In this document: in pieces, positions 61,761-64,000 of the stretch
Position numbering within the stretch: position 1 is the stretch's first letter
Layout: every line of letters begins with the position of its first letter
Source of the DNA: Gemmatimonadales bacterium
GTDB taxonomy: Bacteria > Gemmatimonadota > Gemmatimonadetes > Gemmatimonadales > GWC2-71-9
DNA: 64,000 nucleotides
Reading direction: 5' to 3'
Assembly: GCA_039794085.1 (NCBI GenBank)
Contig: JBDIWC010000018.1
Coordinates: 1-64,000, forward strand
The notes under the pieces: model-generated
Database searches by the model: none
Seen by the model: only the letters and a program-made list of their open reading frames with translations
Told to the model about the DNA's origin: nothing
Program-made: the position numbers and the translations under genes

Positions 61761-62528
61761 TCAGGGTTGGAGCGCCGCGATCACCTCGGCGTGCAGCTGC
61801 GTCGAGGCAGCGGCGATGGCGGAGGTCCCGCGGGCGGGATCCCGGCCCTGCCAGTCGGTGATGACACCTCCGGCTCCGCGGATCACCGGAATGAGAGCCG
61901 CCAGGTCCCACCGGTTCATCACCGGATCGAGCATGAGGTCGGCGCCGCCGCCCGCCACCAGCGTGTAGCCGAAGCAGTCGCCCCAGGTGCGCACCTGCCG
62001 CACCGAACGGAGCAACCGATCGAAGGCCGCTCCATCCTGGTGTTCTGCGACGCTCAGGGTGTCGGTGCAGAGCAGGGTGGACTCGGCGAGTGACTCCGAG
62101 GGCCGGGTGCGGATGGGAGTCCCGTTGCGGGTGGAGACGGTGCCGTCCCCCTGGTAGAGGTCGCCCAGGGCAGGGAGGTGGATGGCGCCGAAGCGGGGCT
62201 CACCTCCCTGCAGAAGTCCGATGAGCGTTCCGAAGAGGGGGCATCCCGCGGCGAATGCGCGGGTCCCGTCGATCGGGTCGAGCACCCAGACCCATTCCGC
62301 GTCGGGACGGTCCTCACCGAATTCTTCCCCGATGATCCCGTGGCCCGGCCACCGGGTGCGGATCGCGTCGCGCATGAGTTCCTCGGCCCGGGTGTCGGCC
62401 CAGGTGACCGGGGACTGGTCCCCCTTCCACGACACCGCGAGGGCGGGTGAGCGGTAGACCGACATGATCGTCGGGCCGGTCACGTCGACCAGGCTCGTGA
62501 CGAAGCGGATGAAATCGTCGTGGTCCAT
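61761..62528 (-). CDS. Inositol monophosphatase family protein, probable histidinol-phosphatase (HisN-like)
   Basis: SPVTWAD, IIGEE, WVLDPIDGT, WGDCFGY, WDLAA. Confidence 0.85.
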   Translation of the reverse strand: MDHDDFIRFVTSLVDVTGPTIMSVYRSPALAVSWKGDQSPVTWADTRAEELMRDAIRTRWPGHGIIGEEFGEDRPDAEWVWVLDPIDGTRAFAAGCPLFGTLIGLLQGGEPRFGAIHLPALGDLYQGDGTVSTRNGTPIRTRPSESLAESTLLCTDTLSVAEHQDGAAFDRLLRSVRQVRTWGDCFGYTLVAGGGADLMLDPVMNRWDLAALIPVIRGAGGVITDWQGRDPARGTSAIAAASTQLHAEVIAALQP

Positions 62529-62557
62529 GCCGAAAGGTAAGGGCAGGCGAAAGCAAA

Positions 62558-63118
62558 CCACAAAAAGCACAAGAGGCACAAGACCGCGCCACGGGGCAGG
62601 CCACTCCGCCATGGGCCTGACCTGGAACGGACGGGAACCACGAAATACACGAAAACACACGAAAAGAGTCCCTCCCTATCTCCGTTCGTGTCCTTTCCAG
62701 GTTGGGCTCTTCTCCAATTCCCGTGCGAACGGCATGGCCGAAGCGCGGAGATGCCCCCGCACCAGGGATCGAAACGGCTCCACCCCCGTACGCATCGGAT
62801 TGGGATCCCTTCGTGGGCTCCAGGCACCGGTGCGCCCCTGCGTCCTGGCGCCTTTGCGTTGAGGCCGTTCCATGTGCTCAAGACCCGGCGGCAGGCTTCT
62901 CGCTCCACTCGGGATGACGACTGAACAGAGATCACCTGAACTGGAGAAGAACCCCAGGTTGAATCTTCTCCCCTCCGCGGCCCTGCGCCTCCGCGTGACC
63001 CGCTGTCCTCTCGTGGGCCACGCCAGGCCCGACCCACGCAGGACCCGGAAGAGCCGACTCTGGATGAGCTGAAGGGGACGGCAGTTGTTCGTGCTTTTTC
63101 GTGCCTTTTCGTGGTTCC
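62558..63118. repeat. Repeat mosaic bounded by inverted GGAACCACGAAA / TTTCGTGGTTCC triplets, with REP and octamer modules inside
   Basis: 62634-62665 and 63088-63118 are inverted; ctcgggatgacg near 62910; ctccgcggccctgcgcctccgcgtga near 62975. Confidence 0.82.
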
Positions 63119-63203
63119 GAAAAGACCCGAAACTCGCCCGCACACAGAACCCCATCCGTCCCATGCTGGCACGGCCTCGCCGATCCCGGGTAGGTTTCGG
63201 TGC

Positions 63204-63977
63204 ATGATGCGCGTCGTTTCCCTTGCCTGCTCGAACACCGAGATCGTCCATGCACTCGGGTGTGCCCACCTCCTGGTGGGTGTGGATGACCACTCCGATT
63301 GGCCTCTGGAGGTTGTGGAGTCGCTCCCCCGGGTCGGTCCCGATCTGCAGATCGACGTGGAGAAGGTGACCGCCTTGAAGCCCGACCTGGTCCTCGCCTC
63401 CCTCACCGTCCCGGGCCATGAGAAGGTCGTGGAGGGTCTGGTGGCGGCGGGTCTTCCCTATCTGGCACCGGAGCCGGTCAGCCTCGAAGATGTCTATCGG
63501 GACATCCAGGAGATCGGGAAGCTGCTCGATGTGCCGGACCGGGCGGACGCGGTGGTGCTCTCGATGCGTGATGCTCTCGACGCGCCGCCACTGCCGCCGG
63601 ATGCACCCACTCTCCTTGTGCAGTGGTGGCCCAAACCGGTCATCACCCCCGGTCGGCTCTCCTGGGCCACCGATGTGCTCGCCGCCGCCGGTGCCCGGGC
63701 CACACTCGGGCACGAGGAGGTGAAGAGCCGACCGATGAGCGACGACGAGGTGGTCGCGGCGGCGCCCGACGCCGTGATCGTCTCCTGGTGTGGGGTCGAT
63801 CCGGCCAAGTACCGACCCGAGGTGGTGCTCCGGAATCCGGCGTGGCAGGCGCTCGGCTTCGTGCAACACCGGCAGGTGCATTGTATTGGCGAGCCGTTCC
63901 TGGGCCGGCCGGGGCCCCGCCTGGTCGAGGGGGTGCGGGCGGTGCGCCGCGTGGTGGAGGGGCTGCGGGAAGTTTGA
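63204..63977 (+). CDS. BtuF-like (helical backbone) cobalamin/metal-binding protein
   Basis: RVVSLACSNTEIVHALG..VGVDDHSDWP, EKVTALKPDLVL, RPGPRLVEG. Confidence 0.88.
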   Translation: MMRVVSLACSNTEIVHALGCAHLLVGVDDHSDWPLEVVESLPRVGPDLQIDVEKVTALKPDLVLASLTVPGHEKVVEGLVAAGLPYLAPEPVSLEDVYRDIQEIGKLLDVPDRADAVVLSMRDALDAPPLPPDAPTLLVQWWPKPVITPGRLSWATDVLAAAGARATLGHEEVKSRPMSDDEVVAAAPDAVIVSWCGVDPAKYRPEVVLRNPAWQALGFVQHRQVHCIGEPFLGRPGPRLVEGVRAVRRVVEGLREV

Positions 63978-64000
63978 AGTTCGAAGTGTGAAGTTCGAAG
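63969..64000. repeat. (GAAGTTY)n heptamer array supplying the stop codon
   Basis: gaagtttgaagttcgaagtgtgaagttcgaag; runs off the window edge. Confidence 0.85.

Noticed and set aside
62670..63200. Cobalamin riboswitch upstream of the BtuF-like gene
   Set aside because: Conserved B12-box elements not seen; sequence is explained by repeat modules

Overview
High-GC bacterial chromosomal window. The gene repertoire (fused Kgd-type SucA, duplicated MacB-type permease operon, PD40-amidohydrolase, M28 peptidases) suggests Gemmatimonadota; this is inference, not a search result. Core metabolic genes are sucA/kgd, glpD, fadI-fadJ, rho, cls, ggpS, ispH and a hisN-like phosphatase. They are interrupted by two accessory islands (about 28.2-35.6 kb and 51.8-59.5 kb). 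Each island carries minus-strand integron-type cassettes with recognisable attC sites, headed by only the last ~26-31 codons of an integron integrase and a shared attI-like segment; a third attI-like copy lies at ~54.9 kb, and no intact integrase is present. Most larger intergenic spaces are mosaics of 6-9 bp tandem arrays, REP hairpins and longer dispersed repeats. One inverted heptamer array pair brackets a frameshifted four-helix-bundle gene. Also visible: three toxin-antitoxin-like pairs, several genes that need non-canonical starts, many apparently leaderless genes, Rex/CRP-type boxes and paired TetR operators. No rRNA, tRNA or CRISPR array was recognised. All family assignments come from motif recognition by eye.
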